A stretch of DNA of 64,000 nt from an uncultured Bacilli bacterium (GTDB taxonomy: Bacteria > Bacillota_I > Bacilli_A > ML615J-28 > CAG-313). Below are positions 20,297 to 29,935 of this stretch, one piece after another. The notes beneath the pieces are model-generated. The model ran no database searches and had not been told where the DNA came from. It saw only the letters and a list, made by a program, of their open reading frames with translations. Location of the stretch: the NCBI GenBank assembly GCA_934098295.1, contig CAKONV010000006.1, forward strand, positions 31,595 through 95,594, given 5' to 3'. The position numbers and the translations under genes are program-made. How positions within the stretch are numbered: position 1 is the first letter of the stretch; each line of letters begins with the position of its first letter.

Positions 20297-22768
20297 ATGA
20301 AACAAAAATATAGTATTCAAGGAATGTCTTGTGCTTCTTGCAGTGCTCATGTAGATAAAGCTGTAAGAGAATTAAAGGGAGTAAAAGATGTAAATGTTAA
20401 TTTATTATCAGCTTCAATGGTAGTTGAATTTGATGATAATATTTGTAATGATGATACTATAATTAAAGCTGTAAAAAGTGCTGGTTACGGCGCAAGCTTA
20501 TTTAAAAAAGAAGTAGGCGTTAAAGATAATAGTACCCATGAACTAAAATTATTAATTACTGCTTTTATATTTTTAATTGTACTTATGTATGTTTCCATGG
20601 GCCATATGATATCTCTACCCTTACCAAGTTTTTTAACTGGTCATAAAAATGCTTTTAACTTTGCGTTAACACAACTTATTTTAGTTACGCCAATTCTTAT
20701 AATTTATCGTCGTTACTTTATATCAGGCTATAAAAAGTTATTTAAAGGTGGTCCTAATATGGATTCCCTTATCGCTATATCGGCTACGGCTTCAATTGTT
20801 TATGGAATCTATGCTCTTGTAGAAATTGCGATAGGATTAAAAAATAACGATATGGAATTAGTAAAGGTTAATCATGAAAACTTATATTTTGAGTCAGCTG
20901 GTATGATTTTAACTTTAGTTAGCTTTGGAAAATATCTGGAAAGTTTATCAAAGAAAAAGACAACTTCGGCTTTAACGAAAATGATGGATTTATCACCTAA
21001 AAAAGCTATCTTAGAAAGTGGTAATGAAGAAGTAGAAGTTTTAGCGAGCGATTTAAGAGTTAACGATGTAATAATTGTAAAAAAAGGAATGGTCATTCCT
21101 ATTGATGGTAAAATAATTTCCGGTAGTGGTTCAATCGATCAAGCTAACATTACGGGTGAAAGTATGCCGGTCTATAAGAGCGTTGGTGATGAAGTATTTT
21201 CCGCAACAACCCTAACAAATGGTTACTTGAAAATTTCTGCTGAAAAGGTTGGTGAAGATACCTCATTTGCTAGTATTATCCGTTTAGTTGAAGAAGCTAG
21301 CAACTCCAAAGCACCTATTTCTAAACTTGCTGATAAAATTGCTGGTATCTTTGTACCTATTGTAATGGAAATTGCCTTATTGACTTTTGTTATCTCATAT
21401 CTAGTTGGTAAAGATTTTAATCTATCATTCAACTTTGCCATTTCCGTATTGGTAATTGCTTGTCCATGTTCGCTTGGTCTAGCTACCCCCGTTGCGATAA
21501 TGGTTGGTACTGGTAAAGGTGCTGAAAATGGTCTTTTAATTAAAAATGCTGAAATATTAGAAAAAGCTGGTTCTATTAAGACCGTTGTCTTAGATAAAAC
21601 GGGAACGATAACAGAAGGACATCCAGAAGTTGTAGATTTTATAAAATTAGATTCTGGTGCTGATGTTTTAGGTATTGTTAATTCTTTCGAAGCTTTATCA
21701 GAACATCCATTAGCTGTGGCCATAACTAATTATGCTAAAAAAAGATATGCTCAAACTTATGATGTAAAAGACTATGAAACCCTAGAAGGTAAAGGTATCA
21801 GTGGAGTTATTGATAATAAAAAATATTATGTTGGTAATGAAAGAATTTTAGTTGAAAAGAATCTTCTTGATGAAAAACTAAAACAACAAATTTCAACATT
21901 TTCAAAGGAAGGAAAAACCGTACTTAGCGTTTTAGATGAAAAAGATGTGTTAGGCTTAATAACAATTAAAGACCAAATCAAAAAGACTTCTAAAGATGCT
22001 ATTAAGAAACTAAAAAAAGAAGGAATTGAAGTTGTTATGCTTACCGGTGACAACAAAGAAACGGCTTCTAAAATCGCTTCCGAGGTAGGTGTCGATAAAG
22101 TAATCGCTGAAGTATTCCCTCAAGACAAAGAAAAAGTAATTGAAGGCTTAAAAAAAGATAAAAAACATTTAGTAGCTATGGTAGGTGATGGTGTCAATGA
22201 TGCCCTAGCCTTAACAAAAGCCGATTTAGGAATTGCTATCGGTGCTGGTAGCGATGTTGCTAAAGACTCAAGTGATATCATTCTATTAAGAAGTGATTTA
22301 ATGGATGTTTTAAATGTTATTATGCTAAGTAGAAGAGTATTAAAAACTATTAAGGGAAATTTATTCTGGGCTTTCTTTTATAATTGCATTGGTATAATAT
22401 TAGCTTCAGGGTTATTGTATGCCCCTTTCTCAATTAAACTAAATCCTATGATTGGTTCTCTAGCCATGAGTTTATCGAGTGTGTTTGTTGTATGTAATGC
22501 TCTTACAATTAATTTCTTTAAAGTAAAATCACAAAATGAGGTTGTAAATAATACTAAACCCCAACTTTCTAAGGTAACACTAGAAGTTGAAGGAATGATG
22601 TGTGAACATTGTGTAGGTCATGTTGAAGAAGCTTGTAAGAAAGTAGATAATGTTGTAAGTGCTAAAGCTTCTTTGAAAAAGAAAAATGTTGAAATTGAAT
22701 ATGAAGAAAACATCAATTTAGAAAAAGTAAAAACAGCCATTGAAGAAGCAGGCTATAAAGCTAAATAA
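20297..22768 (+). CDS. copA: Copper-translocating P1B-type ATPase with N- and C-terminal HMA domains
   Basis: It has an N-terminal HMA domain (GMSCASCSAHV), the TM CPC motif (ACPCSLGLATP), DKTGT, GDGVNDA, and a second C-terminal HMA domain (GMMCEHCVGHVEEA). The start is set at the second in-frame ATG, behind AAAGGA. Confidence 0.9.
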   Translation: MKQKYSIQGMSCASCSAHVDKAVRELKGVKDVNVNLLSASMVVEFDDNICNDDTIIKAVKSAGYGASLFKKEVGVKDNSTHELKLLITAFIFLIVLMYVSMGHMISLPLPSFLTGHKNAFNFALTQLILVTPILIIYRRYFISGYKKLFKGGPNMDSLIAISATASIVYGIYALVEIAIGLKNNDMELVKVNHENLYFESAGMILTLVSFGKYLESLSKKKTTSALTKMMDLSPKKAILESGNEEVEVLASDLRVNDVIIVKKGMVIPIDGKIISGSGSIDQANITGESMPVYKSVGDEVFSATTLTNGYLKISAEKVGEDTSFASIIRLVEEASNSKAPISKLADKIAGIFVPIVMEIALLTFVISYLVGKDFNLSFNFAISVLVIACPCSLGLATPVAIMVGTGKGAENGLLIKNAEILEKAGSIKTVVLDKTGTITEGHPEVVDFIKLDSGADVLGIVNSFEALSEHPLAVAITNYAKKRYAQTYDVKDYETLEGKGISGVIDNKKYYVGNERILVEKNLLDEKLKQQISTFSKEGKTVLSVLDEKDVLGLITIKDQIKKTSKDAIKKLKKEGIEVVMLTGDNKETASKIASEVGVDKVIAEVFPQDKEKVIEGLKKDKKHLVAMVGDGVNDALALTKADLGIAIGAGSDVAKDSSDIILLRSDLMDVLNVIMLSRRVLKTIKGNLFWAFFYNCIGIILASGLLYAPFSIKLNPMIGSLAMSLSSVFVVCNALTINFFKVKSQNEVVNNTKPQLSKVTLEVEGMMCEHCVGHVEEACKKVDNVVSAKASLKKKNVEIEYEENINLEKVKTAIEEAGYKAK

Positions 22769-22792
22769 TTAAAAATAACGAAACATTAATTG

Positions 22793-22833
22793 AATATAAG
22801 AATAAACTTTATTTTGTTCTTATATTTTTTTTT
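22793..22833 (+). terminator. Rho-independent terminator after copA
   Basis: The stem AATATAAGAA / TTCTTATATT is followed by T8+. Confidence 0.7.
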
Positions 22834-22939
22834 AAAAAAAATTAAAAAGCATAAATTAACAAAAAATATAAAAATCATATTTCCATCATTTTTTTGCATT
22901 TTATGCTATTATATATTATATATGAAAAGAGGATTTATC

Positions 22940-23797
22940 ATGAAAAAATTAGTTCAAGGTTTATATGTAGGCGAAAGAGCATTATATGATTTTCATGATG
23001 CTATCATTATTGATTCAACATTTGCTGATGGTGAATCACCACTAAAAGAAAGTAGTAATATTCAATTATTAAATTGCATTTTTAAATGGAAATATCCTTT
23101 ATGGTATTGTGATAATATAAAAGTTGAAGGAAGTGTTTTGTTAGATACTGCTCGTAGCGGAATTTGGTATACAAAAAATATTGAAATGACTGATTGTCAA
23201 ATTGAAGCACCAAAGACTTTCCGTAGAGCAAGTAATATTAAACTTACCTCTTGTACGTTACCAAACGCCGAAGAAACCCTTTGGACATGCAATGATATTA
23301 TTTTAAAGGATGTAAGTGCTAAAGGTAATTATTTTGGAATGAATTCTAAAAATATTAAAATTGAAAATTTTCGCTTAGATGGTAATTATGCTTTTGACGG
23401 TGCTAGTAACATCGAAATCAAAAACGCTCGAATGCTATCAAAAGATTCATTCTGGAATTGTGAAAATGTAGTTGTCTATGATTCCATTATTGTTGGTGAA
23501 TATTTAGGATGGAATTCCAAAAATTTAACTTTTATAAACTGTATAATTGATTCCCTACAAGGAATGTGTTATATGGAAAATATTAAAATGATAAATTGTA
23601 AATTATTAAATACTAATTTAGCTTTTGAATATTCAACTGTTGAAGCATCAATTACATCTAAAATTGATTCTGTAAAAAATCCAATTAGTGGTTACATTAA
23701 AGCTAAACAAATTGGAGAAATAATTTTAGATGAAAAATTAATTGATCCTAAAAAGACAACAATTATAACTGATGAGGAAAAAGAAAATGAAATATGA
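22940..23797 (+). CDS. DUF3737-family beta-helix protein
   Basis: It has GERALYDF...FADGESPLKES...FKWKYPLWY...KDSFWNCENVVVYDS...GEYLGWNSKNLTFINC...LAFEYS. The start is moved to the ATG at 22940 behind AAGAGGA. The upstream part of the ORF-track call runs through the copA terminator. Confidence 0.7.
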   Translation: MKKLVQGLYVGERALYDFHDAIIIDSTFADGESPLKESSNIQLLNCIFKWKYPLWYCDNIKVEGSVLLDTARSGIWYTKNIEMTDCQIEAPKTFRRASNIKLTSCTLPNAEETLWTCNDIILKDVSAKGNYFGMNSKNIKIENFRLDGNYAFDGASNIEIKNARMLSKDSFWNCENVVVYDSIIVGEYLGWNSKNLTFINCIIDSLQGMCYMENIKMINCKLLNTNLAFEYSTVEASITSKIDSVKNPISGYIKAKQIGEIILDEKLIDPKKTTIITDEEKENEI

Positions 23798-24959
23798 TTT
23801 TGATAAAATTATTTGTAGAAGATTCAGCAATTCAGTTAAATGGGATGTAGGAAAAAATGAATTGCCAATGTGGATTGCCGACATGGATTTTGAGACCTTA
23901 CCCGAGATTAAAGAAGAGATTATAAAAAAAGCAAGTATCGGAGCTTATGGCTACACAACTCTTAATGAAGATTATTTTTCAAGTTATTTATCATGGTGGA
24001 ATAATCGCTATAATGCTTCATTCCAAAAAGAATGGATGATTTATGTAAGTGGTGTAATTGCTTGTATTTCCTCAGCCGTAAGAAGATTTATAAAACCAAA
24101 CGAGAATGTTGTAGTTTTAACACCGGTATATGATGTCTTTTATAATTCCATTGTTAATAATGGATGTAGAGCCTTAGAAAGTAAGCTACTTTATCAAAAT
24201 GGTAAATATGAACTAGATTGGTGCGACTTAGAAGAAAAATTAAAAAATGAACAAACTAGTCTAATGATTTTTTGTAATCCTCATAATCCAATTGGTAAAA
24301 TATGGGAAAAAGAAGAAATAGCAAAAATTGGCTATTTGTGTAAAAAATATGGAGTCTTAGTCATTTCCGATGAAATTCATTGTGATCTTACAACGCCTGG
24401 TAAAAAATATATTCCTTTTGCAAGCGTTAATGAAGAGTGCCGAGATAACTCCATTACTTGTTTATCACCATCGAAAACCTTTAATCTAGCTGGCTTACAG
24501 TCTGCTTGTGCAGTTGTTAGTAACAAGTTTATAAGACACAAACTATGGCGAAGTGTAAACACGGATGAAGTTGGCGAACCAAACTTTTTTTCTGTAGAAG
24601 CTAATATTTTAGCTTATACAAAAGGTGGACTTTGGGTAGATGAACTTAATCAATATATTTATGAAAACAAATTATTAGTAAAAGATTTTTTAAATACTAA
24701 TTTGAAAAAGTTAAAAATTGTAAGTCTTGATGCCACTTACCTATTATGGATTGATATTAGTGCTTATAATACTTCCTCAACTTCCTTATGTAAATATATT
24801 AGAGATGTAACGGGATTATATTTAAATGATGGTAGTAGATACTTAGGTAATGGTAATAATTTTATAAGAATGAATATCGCAACTCCAAGAAGTAATGTTG
24901 TCGATGGATTAAATAGATTAAAGAAAGCGTTAGAAGAATTTGAAAAAAATGTTAACTAG
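23787..24959 (+). CDS. PLP-dependent C-S lyase (PatB/MalY-type cystathionine beta-lyase)
   Basis: It has the family N-terminus MKYDFDKIICRRFSNSVKWD, the PLP lysine block SPSKTFNLAGL and FCNPHNPIGK. Confidence 0.8.
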   Translation: MKYDFDKIICRRFSNSVKWDVGKNELPMWIADMDFETLPEIKEEIIKKASIGAYGYTTLNEDYFSSYLSWWNNRYNASFQKEWMIYVSGVIACISSAVRRFIKPNENVVVLTPVYDVFYNSIVNNGCRALESKLLYQNGKYELDWCDLEEKLKNEQTSLMIFCNPHNPIGKIWEKEEIAKIGYLCKKYGVLVISDEIHCDLTTPGKKYIPFASVNEECRDNSITCLSPSKTFNLAGLQSACAVVSNKFIRHKLWRSVNTDEVGEPNFFSVEANILAYTKGGLWVDELNQYIYENKLLVKDFLNTNLKKLKIVSLDATYLLWIDISAYNTSSTSLCKYIRDVTGLYLNDGSRYLGNGNNFIRMNIATPRSNVVDGLNRLKKALEEFEKNVN

Positions 24960-25797
24960 ATGTCAAGAAATTGAAAGAACAATAATAAAAAATTATCGTA
25001 AAGAACTTTGGTCAAAATTTGTTAAAGCCATTGATGAATACCAACTGGTTAAAGAAAACGATGTAATCGGTGTATGTATATCTGGTGGTAAAGATTCCAT
25101 GCTTATGGCTAAGCTGTTTCAAGAATTAAAAAGGCATTCCGATTATAAATTTGATGTCAAATTTATTGTAATGAATCCTGGCTATAATGATGCCAATTTA
25201 GATTTAATTAAAAAGAACTTAGCTACTTTGGAAATACCTGCTCAAATAGTAAAAACGGATATCTTTGAAATAGCTAACAATCAAACCGAAAATCCTTGTT
25301 ATTTATGTGCGAGAATGAGAAGAGGTTATCTATACACCATAGCTGAAAGCTTAGGATGTAATAAAATTGCCGTTGGACACCACTATGATGATGTAATTGA
25401 AACAACTTTAATGAACATGTTAAATTCGGGGTCATTTCAAACTATGCTTCCCAAACTTCATAGCACCAACCATATAGGTATGGAGCTTATTAGACCCTTA
25501 TATTTAATTAGGGAAAATGATATAATAAAATGGGCTAGTAAAAATGAACTTAAGTTTATTCAATGTGCCTGCAAATTTACAGAACGTGTTCACAATAATA
25601 ATGATGAATTAAAGTCTCAACGATTAGAAACTAAAAAATTAATCCAAGAATTAATTAGCTATAATCCACTAGTTGAAAAAAATATTTTTAAATGTGCATG
25701 TAACATTAATATGGATATGATTTTAGGATATAAAAAAGATGGCATAAGCCATTCCTTCTTAGAAACGTATGAGACAAAAGGAGAAAAAAATGAGTGA
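24940..25797 (+). CDS. PP-loop ATPase, TtcA-like tRNA thiolation enzyme
   Basis: It has the SGGKDS PP-loop and the Cys motifs CYLCARMRR and CACKF. Confidence 0.65.
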   Translation: MKKMLTRCQEIERTIIKNYRKELWSKFVKAIDEYQLVKENDVIGVCISGGKDSMLMAKLFQELKRHSDYKFDVKFIVMNPGYNDANLDLIKKNLATLEIPAQIVKTDIFEIANNQTENPCYLCARMRRGYLYTIAESLGCNKIAVGHHYDDVIETTLMNMLNSGSFQTMLPKLHSTNHIGMELIRPLYLIRENDIIKWASKNELKFIQCACKFTERVHNNNDELKSQRLETKKLIQELISYNPLVEKNIFKCACNINMDMILGYKKDGISHSFLETYETKGEKNE

Positions 25798-26614
25798 ATG
25801 TAATCATGATTGTTCTAGTTGCAGTAGTAAGTGCAGCAATCAATCAAAAGAAAGTTTTAGAAAACCCCAAAACAAAAATTCAAATGTAAAAAAAGTCATT
25901 GGCATTGTTAGTGGTAAAGGTGGAGTAGGAAAATCAATGGTTACTTCCCTTCTTGCTAGTGAAACGAATAAAAGAGGCTATAAAGTTGGTATTTTAGATG
26001 CTGATATCACTGGTCCATCAATTCCTAAGATTTTTGGAATAACAGAAAAAGCTTCAGGAAATAGTGAAGAACTATATCCATGTCTTTCAAGAAAAAACAT
26101 TAAAATAATGTCAGCTAATTTGTTACTAGAAAATGAAACCGAACCGATTATATGGAGAGGACCGGTCATTGCTGGTCTTGTTCAACAATTCTGGACAGAT
26201 GTATGTTGGGGTGAACTCGACTATTTATTTGTTGATATGCCACCAGGAACTGGTGATGTTCCCTTAACAGTTTTTCAATCCTTACCAGTTGATGGCATCA
26301 TTATTGTAACTAGCCCTCAAGACTTAGTTTCCTTAATTGTGGAAAAAGCTATTAAAATGGCAGATAAAATGGATATTCCTGTTTTAGGAATAGTTGAAAA
26401 TATGTCATATTTTGTTTGTCCATCTTGTGGTGAAAAACACTATATTTATGGAGAATCGAAAATAGAAGAAATAGCTTATAGTTGGCATATTGATACTGTC
26501 TCTAAAGTTCCAATTGATCCAACAATTACATCACTAAGTGATGAAGGTCTAATTGAGGAATATTCTGAAAATCCTTTAAAAAACATTGTCAACAAGATTG
26601 AAAAACAAGCATAG
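25790..26614 (+). CDS. Mrp/ApbC/NBP35-family Fe-S cluster carrier ATPase
   Basis: It has a Cys-rich N-terminus (CNHDCSSCSSKC), the deviant Walker A (SGKGGVGKS) and CPSCG. The start is set at the ATG behind AAAGGAG. Confidence 0.85.
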   Translation: MSECNHDCSSCSSKCSNQSKESFRKPQNKNSNVKKVIGIVSGKGGVGKSMVTSLLASETNKRGYKVGILDADITGPSIPKIFGITEKASGNSEELYPCLSRKNIKIMSANLLLENETEPIIWRGPVIAGLVQQFWTDVCWGELDYLFVDMPPGTGDVPLTVFQSLPVDGIIIVTSPQDLVSLIVEKAIKMADKMDIPVLGIVENMSYFVCPSCGEKHYIYGESKIEEIAYSWHIDTVSKVPIDPTITSLSDEGLIEEYSENPLKNIVNKIEKQA

Positions 26615-26640
26615 AATAAAAAAGAAAGGAAGAAAGAATA

Positions 26641-27714
26641 ATGGATAGAAATAAGGAAAATCTAATTGCCTATTTATTATGGCGTGGAGATTTAACTTTT
26701 GAACAATCTCCATTTAACGAACTTGATGGTCTTATTTTTACACAACTCGTCTTTTTCCATTTTTGTGATTATATCGGTAATTCCAAATTTTTACTAAAAG
26801 GGGCATTAGAAATGTGCTATGCCAACAAAACCGATGAAGATTTGAGAATGGGATTAGTAATACCTCTTACTATAATTGAACTTGGCAAACTCATGATGAA
26901 ATCAAAAAGATTTGAAAATGTAATGATTTCAAATTATGAGTTTAGACTAGATGAAACTAGCAAAGAACAGTTTGCAGCTATGTGTTTTCACATTGATGAA
27001 AAAACAATTGTGATTAGTTATCAAGGAACTGATGATACTTTAATTGGTTGGCAAGAGGATGCCAACATGCTTTCAACTTTTCCCGTCGCTTGTCAATCAT
27101 CAGCTCTAAGTTATTTTAAGAAAATTGCCATGGAATATCCAACTAATTTATTTATTCTTGTTGGACATTCAAAGGGTGGAAATCTTGCCATGTACGCTCA
27201 CCTTTTTGCCCCTTCAACCCTAAAATTTAGAATTGTACGTACTATCAATTATGATGGACCTGGATTTGAAGAAAAAAATATTGACAAAAACAATTATTTG
27301 GCTCAAAAAGATAAAATTACAACCATAATTCCTTATGGATCAGTTGTAGGAATGTTATTTAATCAATTTGGAAAAATTAAGATTGTAAAAAGCTTTGCAA
27401 GAGGATTATTACAACATGATGGTTTTTCTTGGGGTGTTATGGGATGCCAGTTTATTGAAATGCCTAAATTAAGAAAAGAAAATCTTGCCTTCTCAAAGGG
27501 ATTAAATGATTTAATAAATAGTCTAAATGATGATGAAAGAGAATCATTTTGTTCATCCCTTGATAAATATGTAAAAAAAACTGGGGCTAAAACTCTTATG
27601 GAATTGAATAATAATAAAATTAAAATAATTCAATCAATGAGTGCTTTTACAAGAAATGAAAGACAAATATTCTTGCGATTATTAAAATTAGTTATCGCAA
27701 CAAGACCATTTTAA
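26641..27714 (+). CDS. Mbeg1-like / DUF2974 alpha/beta hydrolase
   Basis: It has the block ISYQGTDDTLIGWQEDANM and the nucleophile elbow GHSKGGNLA. Confidence 0.6.
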   Translation: MDRNKENLIAYLLWRGDLTFEQSPFNELDGLIFTQLVFFHFCDYIGNSKFLLKGALEMCYANKTDEDLRMGLVIPLTIIELGKLMMKSKRFENVMISNYEFRLDETSKEQFAAMCFHIDEKTIVISYQGTDDTLIGWQEDANMLSTFPVACQSSALSYFKKIAMEYPTNLFILVGHSKGGNLAMYAHLFAPSTLKFRIVRTINYDGPGFEEKNIDKNNYLAQKDKITTIIPYGSVVGMLFNQFGKIKIVKSFARGLLQHDGFSWGVMGCQFIEMPKLRKENLAFSKGLNDLINSLNDDERESFCSSLDKYVKKTGAKTLMELNNNKIKIIQSMSAFTRNERQIFLRLLKLVIATRPF

Positions 27715-27719
27715 ATATT

Positions 27720-28709
27720 ATGAAAGAAATACTAGAAAATAATCAAAAAATTTTAGGACTATATAGTTGGTACTTACAAACTAATTCAAAAATGATAAGT
27801 AAAGATATGGTTGATGAACTAATAAAAAGTACTAATGTCGATTCTAAATATGCCGTATATTGTTTAATTTGTTCAATTTTTGATTTAGATATTATCTCAA
27901 ATAAATTTGATAAAAAATTCGCAGAAGAATATATTAGAACGGGATTAAATGAGCTAAATAAAGAAGAATTTTTAAATAATCCCTACTATAGGCATGTTCA
28001 TCCGAAATCCTATAGTATAGGAAAATGGAAAATAAAATATGAAACCTATTTACCATATGAACTATTTGTTTGTAATGAATCAACTTTAACCAAAGAACAT
28101 CAAGAAATACCAAATATTGGATATTTTAGCGAACCATTTTCTTATCTTGCGGTATGTGAAAATGATAATGAATGGATGATGATTACTCCTAATGAAATAG
28201 CTACAATGAATCCTCATATCACAAACGCAAGCGGTAATGTTTTGACATTTGGACTAGGACTTGGATATTTTGCCTATATGTGTAGTCTAAAAGAAAATGT
28301 CAATAAAATAACTATAATTGAAAAAGATATAGAAGTAATCAAATTGTTTAACGAGGTAATTCTTCCCTTTTTCCCTTATCCTGAAAAAATTGAAATCATT
28401 AATGATGATGCTTATAGTTATTTTAAAAAAATAGATGAAAAAGAATACGACTATTGTTTTATCGATATATGGCATGATGCTTCCGATGGTGTTAAGTCTT
28501 ACCTAAAATTTAAAAAAATGGAAAAGAAACAAAACGGAATAAAAATAGAATATTGGATAGAAGATACATTAATATCCTATATAAGAAATGATTTAATAAA
28601 TTATTTGGTGTCAAACACTTCAAATTTTACTAACGATGAAGAACGACTTATTAATAATTTATTTGATAAAACCGCAATAAAAAAATATTTGACCAAAAAA
28701 TTAGTATAA
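27720..28709 (+). CDS. Spermidine-synthase-like class I methyltransferase-fold protein
   Basis: It has VLTFGLGLGYFAY...ITIIEKDIEVI...INDDAYSYF...YDYCFIDIWHD. Confidence 0.45.
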   Translation: MKEILENNQKILGLYSWYLQTNSKMISKDMVDELIKSTNVDSKYAVYCLICSIFDLDIISNKFDKKFAEEYIRTGLNELNKEEFLNNPYYRHVHPKSYSIGKWKIKYETYLPYELFVCNESTLTKEHQEIPNIGYFSEPFSYLAVCENDNEWMMITPNEIATMNPHITNASGNVLTFGLGLGYFAYMCSLKENVNKITIIEKDIEVIKLFNEVILPFFPYPEKIEIINDDAYSYFKKIDEKEYDYCFIDIWHDASDGVKSYLKFKKMEKKQNGIKIEYWIEDTLISYIRNDLINYLVSNTSNFTNDEERLINNLFDKTAIKKYLTKKLV

Positions 28710-28768
28710 ATATTTTTTTGTGGTATAATAAATGATATGAAAATACAAAAAAACGAGGTGTATAATTA

Positions 28769-29929
28769 ATGATTAAAATTGATGTTATTTCAGGTTTTCT
28801 AGGAGCAGGAAAAACAACATTGATAAAAAAACTTTTTGAATCAGGATTTCATGGTGAAAAAATTGTATTAATCGAAAATGAATTTGGTGAAATCGGAATT
28901 GATGGTGGTTTCTTAAAAGAATCTGGCGTAAAAATTAAAGAAATTAATTCAGGATGCATTTGCTGTTCTTTAGTTGGTGATTTTTCAAAATCAATGAAAG
29001 AAGTAATATCTATGTATCAACCAGATCGTATTATTGTTGAACCAAGTGGCGTTGGAAAATTAAGTGATATAGTTGGAGCTATTGTAAAAGTTGATGCTCC
29101 TCTTCAATTAAATATTTTAGCTACAGTTGTTGATGGTCCAAAATGCAAAGTATATCTTAAAAACTTTGGTGAATTCTTTATCAATCAAGTTGATGCTGCT
29201 GATACAATCATTGTCAACAAAGTAGACAAAATGGATGAAGAAAAACTAGTAGAGGTTGTTAATATTATTAAGGAAAAGAACCCTAAAGCTAATATTATTA
29301 CAACACCTATATCTGAACTTGAACCTACAAAATTATTAGAAATCTTAGAAGAAAAAGTTTCTTTAAAAGATGAATTAATCAAACAACTTCAAGATGAACA
29401 TGAGCATGACGGATGTTGCCATCACCATCATGAGGATGAAGATGAACACGAATGCTGCCATCACCATCATCATGACGAAGATGATGAAGATGAACACGAA
29501 CACGGATGCTGCCATCACCACGATGAAGAAGATGAAGATGAACACGAGCATGAATGCTGCCATCACCATCACCACGATGAAGAAGATGAAGATGAACACG
29601 AGCATGAATGTTGCCATCACCACCATCACCATGGCCATGATGCTGATGAAGTGTTTACAAGTTGGGGAATGGAAACTCCCGTTGCTATTAGTAAGAATGA
29701 ACTAGAAAAGTTCTTAAATGCCCTTGCTAATGATGAATCTTTAGGTGTTATTATTCGAGCTAAAGGTATTTTAAAAGCAAGTGATAATGAAAAATGGTAC
29801 TATTTTGATTTTGTATCAGGCGATTATGAAATTAGATTAGGTAGTCCCGATTATACAGGTCGTCTATGTGTAATTGGTTCAAAGATTGACGAAGAAAAAA
29901 TTAAAAATTTATTTGACAACAGAGGTTAA
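28769..29929 (+). CDS. COG0523 (CobW/YjiA/ZigA-type) G3E GTPase metallochaperone with His/Cys/acidic repeat insert
   Basis: It has the P-loop GFLGAGKTTL, the metal motif GCICCS, NKVD, and a roughly 80-aa insert containing five CCHH(H)(H) units separated by D/E/H runs. Confidence 0.85.
   Translation: MIKIDVISGFLGAGKTTLIKKLFESGFHGEKIVLIENEFGEIGIDGGFLKESGVKIKEINSGCICCSLVGDFSKSMKEVISMYQPDRIIVEPSGVGKLSDIVGAIVKVDAPLQLNILATVVDGPKCKVYLKNFGEFFINQVDAADTIIVNKVDKMDEEKLVEVVNIIKEKNPKANIITTPISELEPTKLLEILEEKVSLKDELIKQLQDEHEHDGCCHHHHEDEDEHECCHHHHHDEDDEDEHEHGCCHHHDEEDEDEHEHECCHHHHHDEEDEDEHEHECCHHHHHHGHDADEVFTSWGMETPVAISKNELEKFLNALANDESLGVIIRAKGILKASDNEKWYYFDFVSGDYEIRLGSPDYTGRLCVIGSKIDEEKIKNLFDNRG
29394..29640 (+). 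repeat. In-frame tandem coding repeat (CCHHHH-acidic units)
   Basis: Two adjacent 54-nt units (29522-29575 and 29576-29629) are nearly identical, and more diverged copies lie upstream. The region is stop-free in several frames because of its biased composition. Confidence 0.8.
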
Positions 29930-29935
29930 AATCAA

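Noticed and set aside
22790-22939. Several ORF-track calls carry N-terminal extensions: 22790, 6844, 9656, 20282, 23772, 25769, 36960, 39704, 47308, 48835 and 58942 (minus strand).
   Set aside because: In each case a downstream in-frame ATG sits 5-10 nt after an AGGAG-like RBS. The extension overlaps a terminator, the upstream gene or a regulatory element, so I moved the starts.
29375-29705. The ORF track lists an 87-aa minus-strand ORF and a 103-aa alternative plus-frame ORF across the His/Cys/Asp/Glu repeat.
   Set aside because: Both lie entirely inside the COG0523 gene. The biased CAT/CAC/GAA/GAT codon repeats remove stop codons in several frames. Neither has an RBS, and both products are low-complexity nonsense (MVMA/ITTM repeats).
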